A stretch of 64,000 nucleotides of DNA. Origin: an uncultured delta proteobacterium. Its GTDB lineage: Bacteria > Myxococcota_A > Polyangia > Polyangiales > Polyangiaceae. The stretch covers positions 544,001 through 608,000 of the forward strand of contig CAWJCS010000006.1 in NCBI GenBank assembly GCA_963841435.1. Reading direction: 5' to 3'. Numbering within the stretch: the first letter of the stretch is position 1; each line of letters begins with the position of its first letter. The position numbers and the translations under genes were made by a program. The notes below the pieces were generated by a model. The model did no database searches. It was not told the origin of the DNA and was given only the letters and a program-made list of their open reading frames with translations. Below, piece by piece: positions 28,198 through 38,136 of this stretch.

Positions 28198-30728
28198 GAC
28201 CCCCCATCGTCTTCCGTCGCGGCCTCGGCGCCGCTCTCTCGCTTGTCTTTTTCCTTCAGCCGGCGCTCGCCCAGACTCCGCCCAAGAAGGAAAAGCCGAA
28301 CCGGGTGCTCACGCGCCGCACGCGCGAGAAGCCCAAGAAGGCCAAGCCCGCCACGGTGGCGCCGCCGGCTACGCCCGCGCCTCCCGCCGCGGGTCTCGAT
28401 CGGGAGCCGCCCGGTGCGGCGGGCCCGCTGCCCACGACGATGGAGAAGATCGCCCAGGCGACGGACGTGCCGTACCGGCCCAAGCCCGGCGGTCACCTCG
28501 TGAAGTTCAACCTGCAGGACGCCGACCTCGCCGAGCTCGTCAACCACATCAGCGGTCTCACGGGGCGCCGCTTCATCTACGGCGCCAAGGTCCGGCAGAT
28601 CAAGGCGACCGTGGTCTCGCCCGAGCCGGTGACGCTCGAGGAGGCCTACCAGGCCTTCCTCTCGATCCTCGAGGCCAACGGGATGACCGTCGTGCCGCAC
28701 GGGCGGTTCCTCAAGATCATCGACAGTGGCGGCGTCGTGTCGCAGCCGACACCGATCGTTTCGCGCGGCGAGCCGATTCCCGACGCCGATCGCTTCATCA
28801 CGCGGCTGTACCGGCTCGAGAACGCCTCGCCCGACGAGCTCGTACCGATCCTCAGCAAGTTCAAGAGCAAGGATGGTGACATCACGCCCTACACGCCGGG
28901 GCGCCTGCTCATCATCACCGACACCGCGACGCAAGTGCGCCGCCTGATCCGCATCATCGAGGAAGTGGACATCGGCGGCGCCGGACAGCACATGTGGATC
29001 GAGCCCGTGCGTCACGGCGCGGCGGCCGACATGGCCAAGCGCATGAACGAGCTGTTCGAGATCGGCACGCCGGGCGCGCCGCCCGGCTCCCCTGGCGCCA
29101 AAGGGGGCTCCGGGCTCTCGCGCGTCGTGGCGGACGACGCGTCGAACTCGCTGATCGTCGTTGGCACGGAGGACTCGTACCTCCGCATGCTGGAGCTTTT
29201 GAATCGGCTCGACACACAGGGCACGGACGCGGGCCGCGTGCACGTCTTACCGCTGCAGCACGCCATCGCCGAGGAGCTGTCACAGACGCTCACGCAGATG
29301 CTCGCGGGCCAAGCGCCGAAGGGTCAGCCGGCGCCGGCCGGGACGGGCGGCGGCATGTTCGAGAGCGACGTGCGTGTCACGCCCGACAAGAGCACGAACT
29401 CGCTGCTCGTGACGTCGTCGGGCCGTGACTACGCAACGCTCCGGCTGGTCGTCGACAAGCTCGATCGGCCGCGGCGGCAGGTCTTCATCGAGGCCGTCAT
29501 CATGGATCTGGCCGTCTCCGACACGCTCGACATGGGTCTGTCCTCGCACGGTGGCTACAGCTTCGGCGGCGGGGCGAACGATCCGCTCCTGCTCACGGGT
29601 TTCAACGCCGCCCACTCGCTGGCGTTCCCCACCGATCCGAACCTGCTGCAGGGCTTTGCGGCGGGCGTCCGCGGCACGCCACTGCCGGGCACGCAGGATC
29701 TGCTCGGACCCGGCATCAGCATCCCGGCCTTCGGCGTCGTCTTGAACGCGCTCGCGACGAGCGGCAAATCGAACGTGCTCGCGACGCCGCACATCATCGC
29801 CACCGACAACGTCTCCGCCGAGATCAACATCGGCGAGAACATCCCCCTGCAGACCAACGTCGGCGCGTCGCCGCTCAGCGCGCTCGCGGGGGCGTCCGGC
29901 GCGAACCAGGCGCAGCTCGCCGCGGTGTCGCCGCTCATCGGTCTGAGCGGCGGATTCAATGCGCCTCGCCAGGACGTCGGCAACAAGATCAAGGTGACGC
30001 CGCACATCAACGAGTCGAACCAGGTAAGACTCGAGATCGAGCAGGAATCGAGCGCTCCGGGCGCCGCCGTCGGGCAGCTCGGCGCCGTGCCCATCACCAA
30101 GCGCACGGCCAACACCACCGTGGTCGTCGCCGACCAGCAGACGGTCGTGATCGGCGGCCTCATGCGCGACGAGTACGTGACTTCGCGCGAGAAGGTGCCA
30201 ATCCTCGGCGATTTGCCGGTGCTCGGTGCGCTCTTTCGCCACACGAGCACCACGAAGCGAAAAGCGAACCTGTTGCTCGTGCTGACCCCGCACGTGATCC
30301 GCGACCAGAGCGATCTGCGCCGCATCTTCGAGCGCAAGATGCAGGAGCGGCAGGAGTTCATCGATCGCTACTTCGTGTTCACCGATTCCGACTGGCAACC
30401 GCCGCACGACTGGACGCGGACGAACGGTCTCGTCGAGGACACGCGCCAGGCCTTCGCCGAGATCGAGGAGCAGACGCGCCTCGAGGACGAGAGCAAACCG
30501 CTCGAGGACACGGAGCGCGCGCCGAGCCAGCCCATCGAGCTGCCGAGCGCCGTGCGCGAAGGCTCGGGGCCGGCTCTCTCGCCGGCCAAGAAGGCAGCCC
30601 CGGCGCCTGCCAAGAAGAAGGCGGCGCCGAAGCGGCCGAGCAAGCGCAGCGGCAAGAAGAGCGAGCTCGAGTCGCCCATCATCATCAATCCCATCGCCCG
30701 TAGCGTGAACGTGGAGCGTCTCGAATGA
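28194..30728 (+). CDS. gspD: T2SS secretin GspD
   Basis: Signal peptide, N0 (NLQDADL), N-domain repeats, LDRPRRQVFIEAVI, SNVLATPHI, KVPILGDLPVLGALFR. ATG at 28194. Confidence 0.96.
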   Translation: MRPPIVFRRGLGAALSLVFFLQPALAQTPPKKEKPNRVLTRRTREKPKKAKPATVAPPATPAPPAAGLDREPPGAAGPLPTTMEKIAQATDVPYRPKPGGHLVKFNLQDADLAELVNHISGLTGRRFIYGAKVRQIKATVVSPEPVTLEEAYQAFLSILEANGMTVVPHGRFLKIIDSGGVVSQPTPIVSRGEPIPDADRFITRLYRLENASPDELVPILSKFKSKDGDITPYTPGRLLIITDTATQVRRLIRIIEEVDIGGAGQHMWIEPVRHGAAADMAKRMNELFEIGTPGAPPGSPGAKGGSGLSRVVADDASNSLIVVGTEDSYLRMLELLNRLDTQGTDAGRVHVLPLQHAIAEELSQTLTQMLAGQAPKGQPAPAGTGGGMFESDVRVTPDKSTNSLLVTSSGRDYATLRLVVDKLDRPRRQVFIEAVIMDLAVSDTLDMGLSSHGGYSFGGGANDPLLLTGFNAAHSLAFPTDPNLLQGFAAGVRGTPLPGTQDLLGPGISIPAFGVVLNALATSGKSNVLATPHIIATDNVSAEINIGENIPLQTNVGASPLSALAGASGANQAQLAAVSPLIGLSGGFNAPRQDVGNKIKVTPHINESNQVRLEIEQESSAPGAAVGQLGAVPITKRTANTTVVVADQQTVVIGGLMRDEYVTSREKVPILGDLPVLGALFRHTSTTKRKANLLLVLTPHVIRDQSDLRRIFERKMQERQEFIDRYFVFTDSDWQPPHDWTRTNGLVEDTRQAFAEIEEQTRLEDESKPLEDTERAPSQPIELPSAVREGSGPALSPAKKAAPAPAKKKAAPKRPSKRSGKKSELESPIIINPIARSVNVERLE

Positions 30729-32494
30729 TGCCGCAGCGCGCGCTCGGGCAGGTCCTGGTGCGCCGCGGCGCCGTCGATGCCGAAGCGCTCGAGCCGCTCT
30801 ACCTGGCGCAGCTCGAAAAGCCGCGCCGCCTCGTCGAGCTCGTGCTCGAGGCGAAGCTCGCGACGGCGAGCGACGTGGCGCGCGCGCTCGCGGCGGAGTG
30901 CGGCCTACCCTACGTGGAGCGTATCGACCTTGCCGCCGTGGCCACGGAGGCCGCGACGCGGCTGCCCATCACGTACGCGAAGGTGCACGGCGTGCTCGCG
31001 ACGGCCGAATCGGCCGACGAGGTCCAGGTGATCTGCTCGGACCCCCTCGATACGAGCGCCCTCGACGACGTGCGCGCAACGTTCCAGAAGCCGCTCGCGA
31101 TCTCGGTGGCGCCCGTCGAGGTCGTCGTCAACGCCATCAATCGCGTCTACGAGCGCGGCACGCCGATGAGCGAGCTCGAGCCCACGGAGAAGAGCGACGA
31201 CGACGAGGAGATCGACATCCTCGACTCGGACGAGGACGCGCCCATCATTCGTTGGGTCAACGGCCTCTTGTCCCAGGCCGTCAAGGAGCGAGCGAGCGAC
31301 ATCCACATCGAGCCCGAGGAGCGCGAGGTGCTCGTGCGCTACCGCGTCGACGGGCAGCTTTACGTGGCGCGTCGCGCGAGTCGCCAGTTCATGAGCGCCG
31401 TCATCGCGCGCGTGAAGATCATGGCGGGGCTCAACATCGCCGAGAAACGCCTGCCGCAGGACGGCCGCATCTCACGCAAGATCGGCGGGCGCAGCATCGA
31501 CGTGCGCGTTTCCACCATCCCCACCAGCCGCGATCACGAGCGCGTCGTGATGCGTCTTTTGCACAAGTCAACGGTGCTGCTCGATCTCGCGGAGCTCGGC
31601 TTTTCGAGCCGCGATTTTGCGCTGATGGATCAGATGATTCGGCGCCCCGACGGCATCATGCTCGTGACGGGCCCCACGGGTAGCGGCAAGACCACGACGC
31701 TCTACGCGTGCCTCAATCGCATCAACACTCAGGACATCAACATCCTCACGGCGGAAGATCCGGTCGAGTACGAGATTGGCGGGATCCACCAGGTGCACGT
31801 GCAGCCGAAAATCGGGCTCACCTTCGCGAATGCCCTGCGCGCCTTCTTGCGTCAGGATCCGGACGTGATTCTGGTGGGTGAGATCCGCGACAAGGAAACC
31901 GCCGAGATCGCCATCCACGCGTCGATGACGGGCCATCTGGTGCTTTCCACCCTGCACACCAACGACGCGGCGTCCGCCGTCACGCGCCTCGTCGAGATGG
32001 ATATCGAGCCCTTTTTGGTGCGCTCGACCGTTGCGGCCATTCTCGCGCAGCGCCTCGTGCGGCGGCTGTGCGACGACTGCAAGGAGGCCTACACGGCGAC
32101 GCCCTACGAGCTCGAGCAGATCGGCATCGATCCGGAGCGCACGCGGCGGCGGGACGAGCGGCGGCTGTCTCCGCGCTACGTCGCGCACGGTAGCGAATAC
32201 TTCCCAGTCGGGTGGCGCCAGCCGGGGTTGCCCACCTTTTACCGGCCGAAGGGCTGCGACAGTTGTGACGGCAAGGGATTCATCGGGCGGTTCGGCATCT
32301 ACGAGCTCTTGGTGGCAGACAACGTCGTGGGTCGCCTCGTGCTCGACAACTCGGATGCGCGCACGATCAAGCGAGCCGCCCAGACCCAGGGCATGGACAC
32401 GCTGCGTGACGACGGCGCCCGCAAGGTGCTCGAAGGGCGCACGACGGTCGAGGAAATCGTCGCCGCGACGCAGGACGACGTCGTCGTCGACTAG
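30725..32494 (+). CDS. gspE: T2SS ATPase GspE
   Basis: ASDIHIEP, AEKRLPQDGR, GPTGSGKTTTLY, LRQDPDVILVGEIRD, TGHLVLSTLHTND, CxxC...CxxC. Confidence 0.97.
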   Translation: MMPQRALGQVLVRRGAVDAEALEPLYLAQLEKPRRLVELVLEAKLATASDVARALAAECGLPYVERIDLAAVATEAATRLPITYAKVHGVLATAESADEVQVICSDPLDTSALDDVRATFQKPLAISVAPVEVVVNAINRVYERGTPMSELEPTEKSDDDEEIDILDSDEDAPIIRWVNGLLSQAVKERASDIHIEPEEREVLVRYRVDGQLYVARRASRQFMSAVIARVKIMAGLNIAEKRLPQDGRISRKIGGRSIDVRVSTIPTSRDHERVVMRLLHKSTVLLDLAELGFSSRDFALMDQMIRRPDGIMLVTGPTGSGKTTTLYACLNRINTQDINILTAEDPVEYEIGGIHQVHVQPKIGLTFANALRAFLRQDPDVILVGEIRDKETAEIAIHASMTGHLVLSTLHTNDAASAVTRLVEMDIEPFLVRSTVAAILAQRLVRRLCDDCKEAYTATPYELEQIGIDPERTRRRDERRLSPRYVAHGSEYFPVGWRQPGLPTFYRPKGCDSCDGKGFIGRFGIYELLVADNVVGRLVLDNSDARTIKRAAQTQGMDTLRDDGARKVLEGRTTVEEIVAATQDDVVVD

Positions 32495-32505
32495 GACCAT
32501 GAGCC

Positions 32506-33732
32506 GTGGCGGTCTTCGAGTTCCGCGGAGTCGAGGTAGCGAGCGGGAAGTCCGTCAAGGGCTTCCGCGACGCGGAGAACCCGAGAGGGCTGCGCGCGAT
32601 GCTGCGCCGCGAGGGCATCTTGCTCACGCAGGCGACGGAAGAGAGCGAGCGCGAGGCACGGGCGAAGCGAAACGTCGACCCTCTGGCGGTGTTTCGACGG
32701 CCGAGCGGCTCGGACGTCGCCGTGATGACGCGGCAGCTCGCGACGCTCGTGCGCGCCGGCGTGCCGCTCGTGGAGTCGATCCAGGCGCTCACCGAGCAGG
32801 TGGAAAACGAGCAGCTCGTGCGCATTCTCACGAACGTGCGCGAGAGTCTCAACGAGGGCACGAGCTTCGCGAAGAGCCTCGAGGCACACCCACGCGTGTT
32901 CCAGGCGCTCTACGTCAACATGGTGGCTGCGGGCGAGGCGTCGGGCACGCTCGAGGCCGTGCTCGAACGGCTCGCAGACTTCATGGAGGGCCAGGCGCGG
33001 CTGCGCGGCAAGGTGGCGGGCGCGCTCGCCTATCCAGTTTTGATGGCGGTGATCGGCTCGGGGCTCGTGGGCTTTCTGATGGTGGCCGTCGTTCCCAAGG
33101 TGACGAGCGTGTTCGACAGCCTCGGCCAGGCGCTCCCCTGGTACACGCAGCTTCTGATCACGGTCTCGAGCGTCGTGGCCGGCTACTGGTGGCTGTTGCT
33201 CGGCACGCTCGCCCTGTCGATCTACCTGTTCCGGCGCTGGAAGCGCACGCCGAAGGGAAAGATGCGCTGGGACGCGTTTCGGCTGCGGGCGCCGCTTTTC
33301 GGCCGGCTCACGCAGCTCGTGGCCGTGGCGCGCTTCGCGCGAACGCTCTCGACGCTCTTGTCGAGCGGCGTGCAGCTCTTGCAGGCGATGGAGATCGGGC
33401 GGCACGTGCTCGAAAATGCCCGCCTCGAGGCCGTCATCGCGGAGGCGATTGGCTCGATCCGGGGCGGCGAGAGCATCGCGGAGCCGCTCAAGCGCAGCAA
33501 GGCGTTCCCCCCGATGGTCACGCACATGATCGCCGTCGGCGAGAAGACCGGCCAGCTCGAGGCCATGCTCGAAAACGTGAGCCGCTCGTACGAGGCCGAC
33601 GTCGAGACGCGCGTCACGGCGCTCACGAGTCTGCTCGAGCCGATCATGATCGTCTTGCTCGGCGGCGCGGTGGGCTTCATCGCCATGGCCATCCTCATGC
33701 CGCTCATCCAGATGAATCAGCTGGTGGAGTGA
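32506..33732 (+). CDS. gspF: T2SS inner-membrane platform protein GspF
   Basis: TRQLATLVRAGVPL, AGEASGTL, ALAYP, VGEKTGQL, LLEPIMI. Confidence 0.96.
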   Translation: MAVFEFRGVEVASGKSVKGFRDAENPRGLRAMLRREGILLTQATEESEREARAKRNVDPLAVFRRPSGSDVAVMTRQLATLVRAGVPLVESIQALTEQVENEQLVRILTNVRESLNEGTSFAKSLEAHPRVFQALYVNMVAAGEASGTLEAVLERLADFMEGQARLRGKVAGALAYPVLMAVIGSGLVGFLMVAVVPKVTSVFDSLGQALPWYTQLLITVSSVVAGYWWLLLGTLALSIYLFRRWKRTPKGKMRWDAFRLRAPLFGRLTQLVAVARFARTLSTLLSSGVQLLQAMEIGRHVLENARLEAVIAEAIGSIRGGESIAEPLKRSKAFPPMVTHMIAVGEKTGQLEAMLENVSRSYEADVETRVTALTSLLEPIMIVLLGGAVGFIAMAILMPLIQMNQLVE

Positions 33733-33735
33733 ACG

Positions 33736-34146
33736 ATGGCGAGCTCTTCCCGCGTGCCGCGCCTGTTCTTCCCGTGGGAGGGGAGGCGCGGCCTCAGGCG
33801 CTTTTTCCGCTTCGGACCGCTCAGGCCGTTCCTGTTCGTCGCCCTGGTCACCGCTTTCGTGATGCTCGTCGGGGCTCGCGAGCGGCGCGCCGCCGGCGTG
33901 CGACAGACCCGCGCGACGCTGCTCGGCGCGCGGCGCTCGGTCGAGGCGTACGTCGCCGACCACGACGGGGGGTGCCCGCCGTCGCTGGAGGCGGTCACGG
34001 AGCCGCTCAAGGGCGAAGGGCCGCCGCGCGACGCGTGGGGGCGTCCCCTGCGCCTGCGCTGCCCGGGCCGCTTCGATGGGGCAACCTACGAGCTCATGAG
34101 TGATGGACCGGACGGGGAACCCGGCGGTCTCGATCGAATCGAATGA
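33736..34146 (+). CDS. Atypical GspG-like pseudopilin without a clear prepilin motif
   Basis: C-terminal T2SSG-like DAWGRP...CPG...YELMSDGPDG..G..D and a hydrophobic segment, but no G|FxxxE. Confidence 0.75.
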   Translation: MASSSRVPRLFFPWEGRRGLRRFFRFGPLRPFLFVALVTAFVMLVGARERRAAGVRQTRATLLGARRSVEAYVADHDGGCPPSLEAVTEPLKGEGPPRDAWGRPLRLRCPGRFDGATYELMSDGPDGEPGGLDRIE

Positions 34147-34159
34147 ACACGAGGAACCG

Positions 34160-34600
34160 ATGATGAGTGTTTTCCGAGTTTCCAATTCCATGCTGGCCCG
34201 CGCGCTCCGTGTGAGGCGGCGTCGCGGCGTGACGCTGTTCGAGGTGCTGATCGTCGTGGCCATCCTGGCGATGGTCGCGGGCGGCGTCGCCTTCTTCGCG
34301 CTCCCGAAGTTCAAGGAAGCGCAAGTGAAGACCGCGGAGGGCGCGGCGCGCGTGATCCGCCAGGCCGCGCAGTCCTGGCAGGCCACGAACAACGAGAGCA
34401 GCTGCCCGACCGTGAGCCAGCTCGTGCAGGACAAACTGCTCGACCCCGGCCAGAACACGGCCGATCCTTGGGGGCAGGCCTTCTCGCTGAGCTGCAGTGA
34501 CGACGACGTCACGGTCACGTCGAGCGGCCCCGACAAGAAGAAGGGCACCAAGGACGACGTGATGGTGCCGAAGGGCGCCACGCCGACCGGCGGAGAGTGA
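34160..34600 (+). CDS. gspG: Major pseudopilin GspG-like
   Basis: RRRG|VTLFEVLIVVAIL, DPWGQ, SSGPDKKKGTKDD. GAGG RBS before ATG 34160. Confidence 0.85.
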   Translation: MMSVFRVSNSMLARALRVRRRRGVTLFEVLIVVAILAMVAGGVAFFALPKFKEAQVKTAEGAARVIRQAAQSWQATNNESSCPTVSQLVQDKLLDPGQNTADPWGQAFSLSCSDDDVTVTSSGPDKKKGTKDDVMVPKGATPTGGE

Positions 34601-34603
34601 CGA

Positions 34604-35296
34604 GTGCGCTTTGCCCGAGCCCGAGCCCGCCTGCGCGGGGTGACGCTGGTCGAGGTGCTGATCGTGGTCGCCTTGATCGCGATCCTCTCGGGCGCGGTGG
34701 CGTTCGGGTCCGGCATGTTGAAGTCCACGCGGCTCAAGAGCGCGAGCACGTTGATTGCGAGCGCCGTGCGGCTCGGGCTCGCGCGCGCCAACAATTCCGG
34801 CCACCCGACCCGCCTCGTGCTCGACCTCGAGCATCAGCGCGTCCTGCTCGAGGAAGCGACCGGCTCGCGCATGTTGCGCGAGAACGAGGCCCCCGCGGCG
34901 GGGGCCGAGGCCGCGACGGAGGCGGAGCAAGCCGCCAAGGCCGAGAGCGATCGCATCCTGGACGGCCCTCACGCGCCGCGCGCGAGCTTCTATCCCGTGC
35001 GGCAGTTCTCCGACACACCCGATGGGCGTGACCTCGGCAGCGGCGTCGCGATCGCGTCCGTGCAGACGGAGCACGACGACGAGCCCGTCACGGCGGGCAC
35101 GGGTTACGTCTACTTCTGGCCCGGCGGAATCACCGAGCGAGCGTACATCCAGCTCAAGCGTTCCGGGGCCGACGAGGCGCTCACCGTGATCGTCAGCGCG
35201 CTCACGGGGCGCACGCGCATCGAGCGCGGGCTCGTCGAGATGCCCGAGCCGCGCACCGACGAAGAGAAGGACCAAGGCGAGCGAGCGGAGCCATGA
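34604..35296 (+). CDS. gspH: Minor pseudopilin GspH/FimT-like
   Basis: LRG|VTLVEVLIVV, YFWPGG..E, C-terminal LTGR. Position in the cluster fits. Confidence 0.85.
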   Translation: MRFARARARLRGVTLVEVLIVVALIAILSGAVAFGSGMLKSTRLKSASTLIASAVRLGLARANNSGHPTRLVLDLEHQRVLLEEATGSRMLRENEAPAAGAEAATEAEQAAKAESDRILDGPHAPRASFYPVRQFSDTPDGRDLGSGVAIASVQTEHDDEPVTAGTGYVYFWPGGITERAYIQLKRSGADEALTVIVSALTGRTRIERGLVEMPEPRTDEEKDQGERAEP

Positions 35297-36007
35297 AGCG
35301 CGGCTTTACCCTGCTCGAAGTGCTGATGGCCATCGCGATCCTCGGCCTCGGTTTGTCGGTCTTGCTCGGCGCCCAGACGGGGCTGTTCGCCAACGCGAAC
35401 CGCGCCGAGCACATCAGCATTGCGACGGGGCTTGCGCGCTGCAAGATGAGCGAGGTCGAGCTCGAGTTGCTCCAGAAGGGCTATCCGCTCGTCGACGACG
35501 ACGGCGAGGGCGATTGCTGCCTGGGCGAAGCCCAGGAGGGCTTTCAGTGCCGGTGGAAGGTGTTGCGCGTGGAGCTGCCGGAGCCGCCGCCCGCCGACCT
35601 CGAAGGGGACGGTGGTCTCGACACCGAGTTCGACGGGCCCGCTCGGCGCGCTCGCTTCGCTCGAGCAGAATCGCGGGCAAGCGCTCGGAGAGAACCCCGA
35701 CATCGGCGCGCTCGCTTCGGAGCTCGGCGGCGCCGTCGGCGGCGGCGATGGGCTCGCCAGCATGGTGATGGGTTTCGTCTACCCGAGCCTCAAGCCCGTG
35801 CTCGAGGCGAGCATACGTAAGGTCATCGTGACCGTCGAATGGCACGAGGGGTCGCGCGAGCGGACGCTCGACGTGACCCAGTACCTCACGAATCCACAAC
35901 TCCCGACGGAAGAGGAGCTCGACGGCGGCGTCGGGGCGCTCGGCGGACTCGGCGCTTCACCGACGACGGGTGGCGCGACGACCGGGACACCGGCGGGGAC
36001 TGAATGA
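35293..36007 (+). CDS. gspI: Minor pseudopilin GspI with one +1 frameshift near 35620-35641 (probable sequence error)
   Basis: MKRG|FTLLEVLMA N-terminus. The C-terminus (SIRKVIVTVEW..G......VTQYL) is in the 35612..36007 frame. Span is 715 nt = 3n+1, and ATGA overlaps gspJ. Confidence 0.8.
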
Positions 36008-36718
36008 AGCGTCGAAGAAGCCCGGGAACACTCGCTTTCACGCTCGTCGAGCTGCTCGTCGCCGTGTCCGTGCTCGCGTTCATCACCATGCTGCTCTACG
36101 GCGCCTTCTCCGGCATGAAGCGCACGCGCGACGGCCTCGCGCGCACGCAAGCGCGTTACCGCGAGGGTCGCATCGCGCTGACGCGTTTCGTGCGCGATCT
36201 CGAGAGTGCCTACATCTCCGCGCATGCGCCGCTCAATGAACAGCTCGCTGTGCAGAAGACGGCCTTCATGGGCCATCTCGGCAATCCTGCGGATCGCATC
36301 GACTTCAACGCCTTCTCCAACGTGCGCCGCGATCGCGACTCGCACGTGACCGACCAGCTCGAAGTCTCCTATTTCGGCGGCGAGAGCCTCGACGAGCCGG
36401 GCACCACCGATCTGCTCCGAAGGAGCAGCACGACCCTCGACGACAAGCCCGACGAGGGGGGTCGCGTTCAACGTGATCGCCACCGACATCGACCTGTTCG
36501 ACCTTTCCTACCTCGACCCCACGACGAGCCTGTGGTCCGACACCTGGGACACGACGCAGGCGGCCGGGCAACCGAACCGGTTGCCACTCCAGGTTCGCGT
36601 CACGCTCGTCTTGAACGGTGGTCGCCGTAGCTCGTCGGACCGAGGGCGAGGGAAGCTGAAGTTCACGACGACGGTGCTCCTTCCCATCCAGCAGCCCCTG
36701 AGCTTCGCCACGCAATGA
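36004..36718 (+). CDS. gspJ: Minor pseudopilin GspJ with one +1 frameshift near 36468 (probable sequence error)
   Basis: LA|FTLVELLVA N-terminus. The C-terminus (WSDTWDT...RLPLQVRVTL) is in the 36473..36718 frame. Span is 715 nt = 3n+1, and ATGA overlaps gspK. Confidence 0.8.
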
Positions 36719-38121
36719 TCCGTGCCCAGAACCACTACCGAGCCTATCGCCGACGCGGCCCGCGCCGTGGCGTGGCGCTCATCCTCGTGCTCGGCGCGCT
36801 CACGATCCTCACGGTGATGCTCACGGAAAGTCAGGACGAGAGCTCGTCCGATTTCGCGGGCGCGCTCTCGACGCGTGACCAGCTCATTGCCGAGTATGCT
36901 GCCAAGAGCGCCGTCAACCTCTCGCGGCTGCTAATTGCGGCCGAGCCGACGATCCGCTTGTCCGTGGGGCCAATCATGATGATGCTCATGCCGGGCGGCC
37001 CGCCGCCGCAGATCCCCGTGTGGGCCCACGCTGATCGCGCGCTCGGCGCCTTCAACGATCCAGAAGGGCTCAAGGGCTTCGCGTCCCTCGCCGGTGTCAA
37101 CACCAAGCTCGGCAAGAACCTCGGATTCGACGGCGCCGGCTTCGAGATCGTGATCGTCGACGAGGATTCGAAGATCAACGTCAACGCGTCGGCGCGCGGC
37201 GAGGCGTTCTCGAAGGCCCGGCTCGGAGCGCAGCTGGCGGGCCTGATGGGAGGGCCCCAGTACGATCCGCTCTTTTCGAACCGCGACGCGGACGGTCAGT
37301 TCTCGGATCGGGCGACCATCTGCGCCGCCATCATCGACTGGGCCGATCCGGATCAAGATCAGGACAGTGCCTTCTGCGACCTCACCTCGGCGACCGCGCA
37401 AGCCACGGCGCCGGAGGACTCGTTTTACACGCGCCTGCCGCAACCCTACGAGCGCAAGAACGCCGCCTTCGACAGCCTCGAGGAGCTCCGTCGCGTGCGC
37501 GGCATGAGCGAGGACTTCTGGTCGACTTTCGTCGACCCCAGTCCCGACGATCCGGAAAAACGGGTGCTCACGGTGTGGGGGCAGGGTGCCGTCAACGTGA
37601 ACACGGCCAACGCCCAGACGATTCTCGCGCTCATCTGCTCCCAGGTGGATCTAGACCAGACGCCGATGTGCGCCGACCCAGCCGAGGCGTCGAAATTCCT
37701 GATGGCTCTCACGATGGTGCGCGGCTTCACGCGCGGCGCGCCCCTGTTCGGCTCGCCGAAGGTGTTCATCAACGCCCTCAAGGGCAAAGGCATGTTCGGA
37801 GGGATCATCGCCTCCCTCGGCGTCCAGCCGGTCCGTCTCAAGTCGGACGCGGAGTTCGAGAAGCTCGTGAGCACCGAGAGCAAGGTCTTCAGCATCTACG
37901 CCACGGGGCACGTCGGCTCGGGGACCCGGGAAACCCGGCTTTCCCTGCACGTCGTCGTCGATTTTCGCAACGCGCCTCCACCCGGCATCGACCCCCGCGC
38001 CGTCGCCCTCGCCAAGGGCCTCGCCGAGGCGACCGATCCCACGGGCGCCCAGGAACAGGCCATCGACGCGGTGCTCAAGCCCCAGTCCGGGGGCTCCATC
38101 GTGTACTTTAGGCAGAACTAG
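36715..38121 (+). CDS. gspK: Minor pseudopilin GspK
   Basis: RRG|VALILVL, DEDSKINVN, AIIDWADPD, KNAAFDSLEELRRVRGM, VNVNTA. Confidence 0.93.
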   Translation: MIRAQNHYRAYRRRGPRRGVALILVLGALTILTVMLTESQDESSSDFAGALSTRDQLIAEYAAKSAVNLSRLLIAAEPTIRLSVGPIMMMLMPGGPPPQIPVWAHADRALGAFNDPEGLKGFASLAGVNTKLGKNLGFDGAGFEIVIVDEDSKINVNASARGEAFSKARLGAQLAGLMGGPQYDPLFSNRDADGQFSDRATICAAIIDWADPDQDQDSAFCDLTSATAQATAPEDSFYTRLPQPYERKNAAFDSLEELRRVRGMSEDFWSTFVDPSPDDPEKRVLTVWGQGAVNVNTANAQTILALICSQVDLDQTPMCADPAEASKFLMALTMVRGFTRGAPLFGSPKVFINALKGKGMFGGIIASLGVQPVRLKSDAEFEKLVSTESKVFSIYATGHVGSGTRETRLSLHVVVDFRNAPPPGIDPRAVALAKGLAEATDPTGAQEQAIDAVLKPQSGGSIVYFRQN

Positions 38122-38136
38122 AAGAGAGCACCGGTC

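Noticed and set aside
32491-34794. 767-aa minus-strand ORF across gspF-gspH
   Set aside because: Shadow ORF opposite well-supported T2SS genes.
35600-36480. Programmed ribosomal frameshifting in gspI and gspJ
   Set aside because: No slippery heptamer with a stimulator is evident, and similar indels hit essential gyrA.
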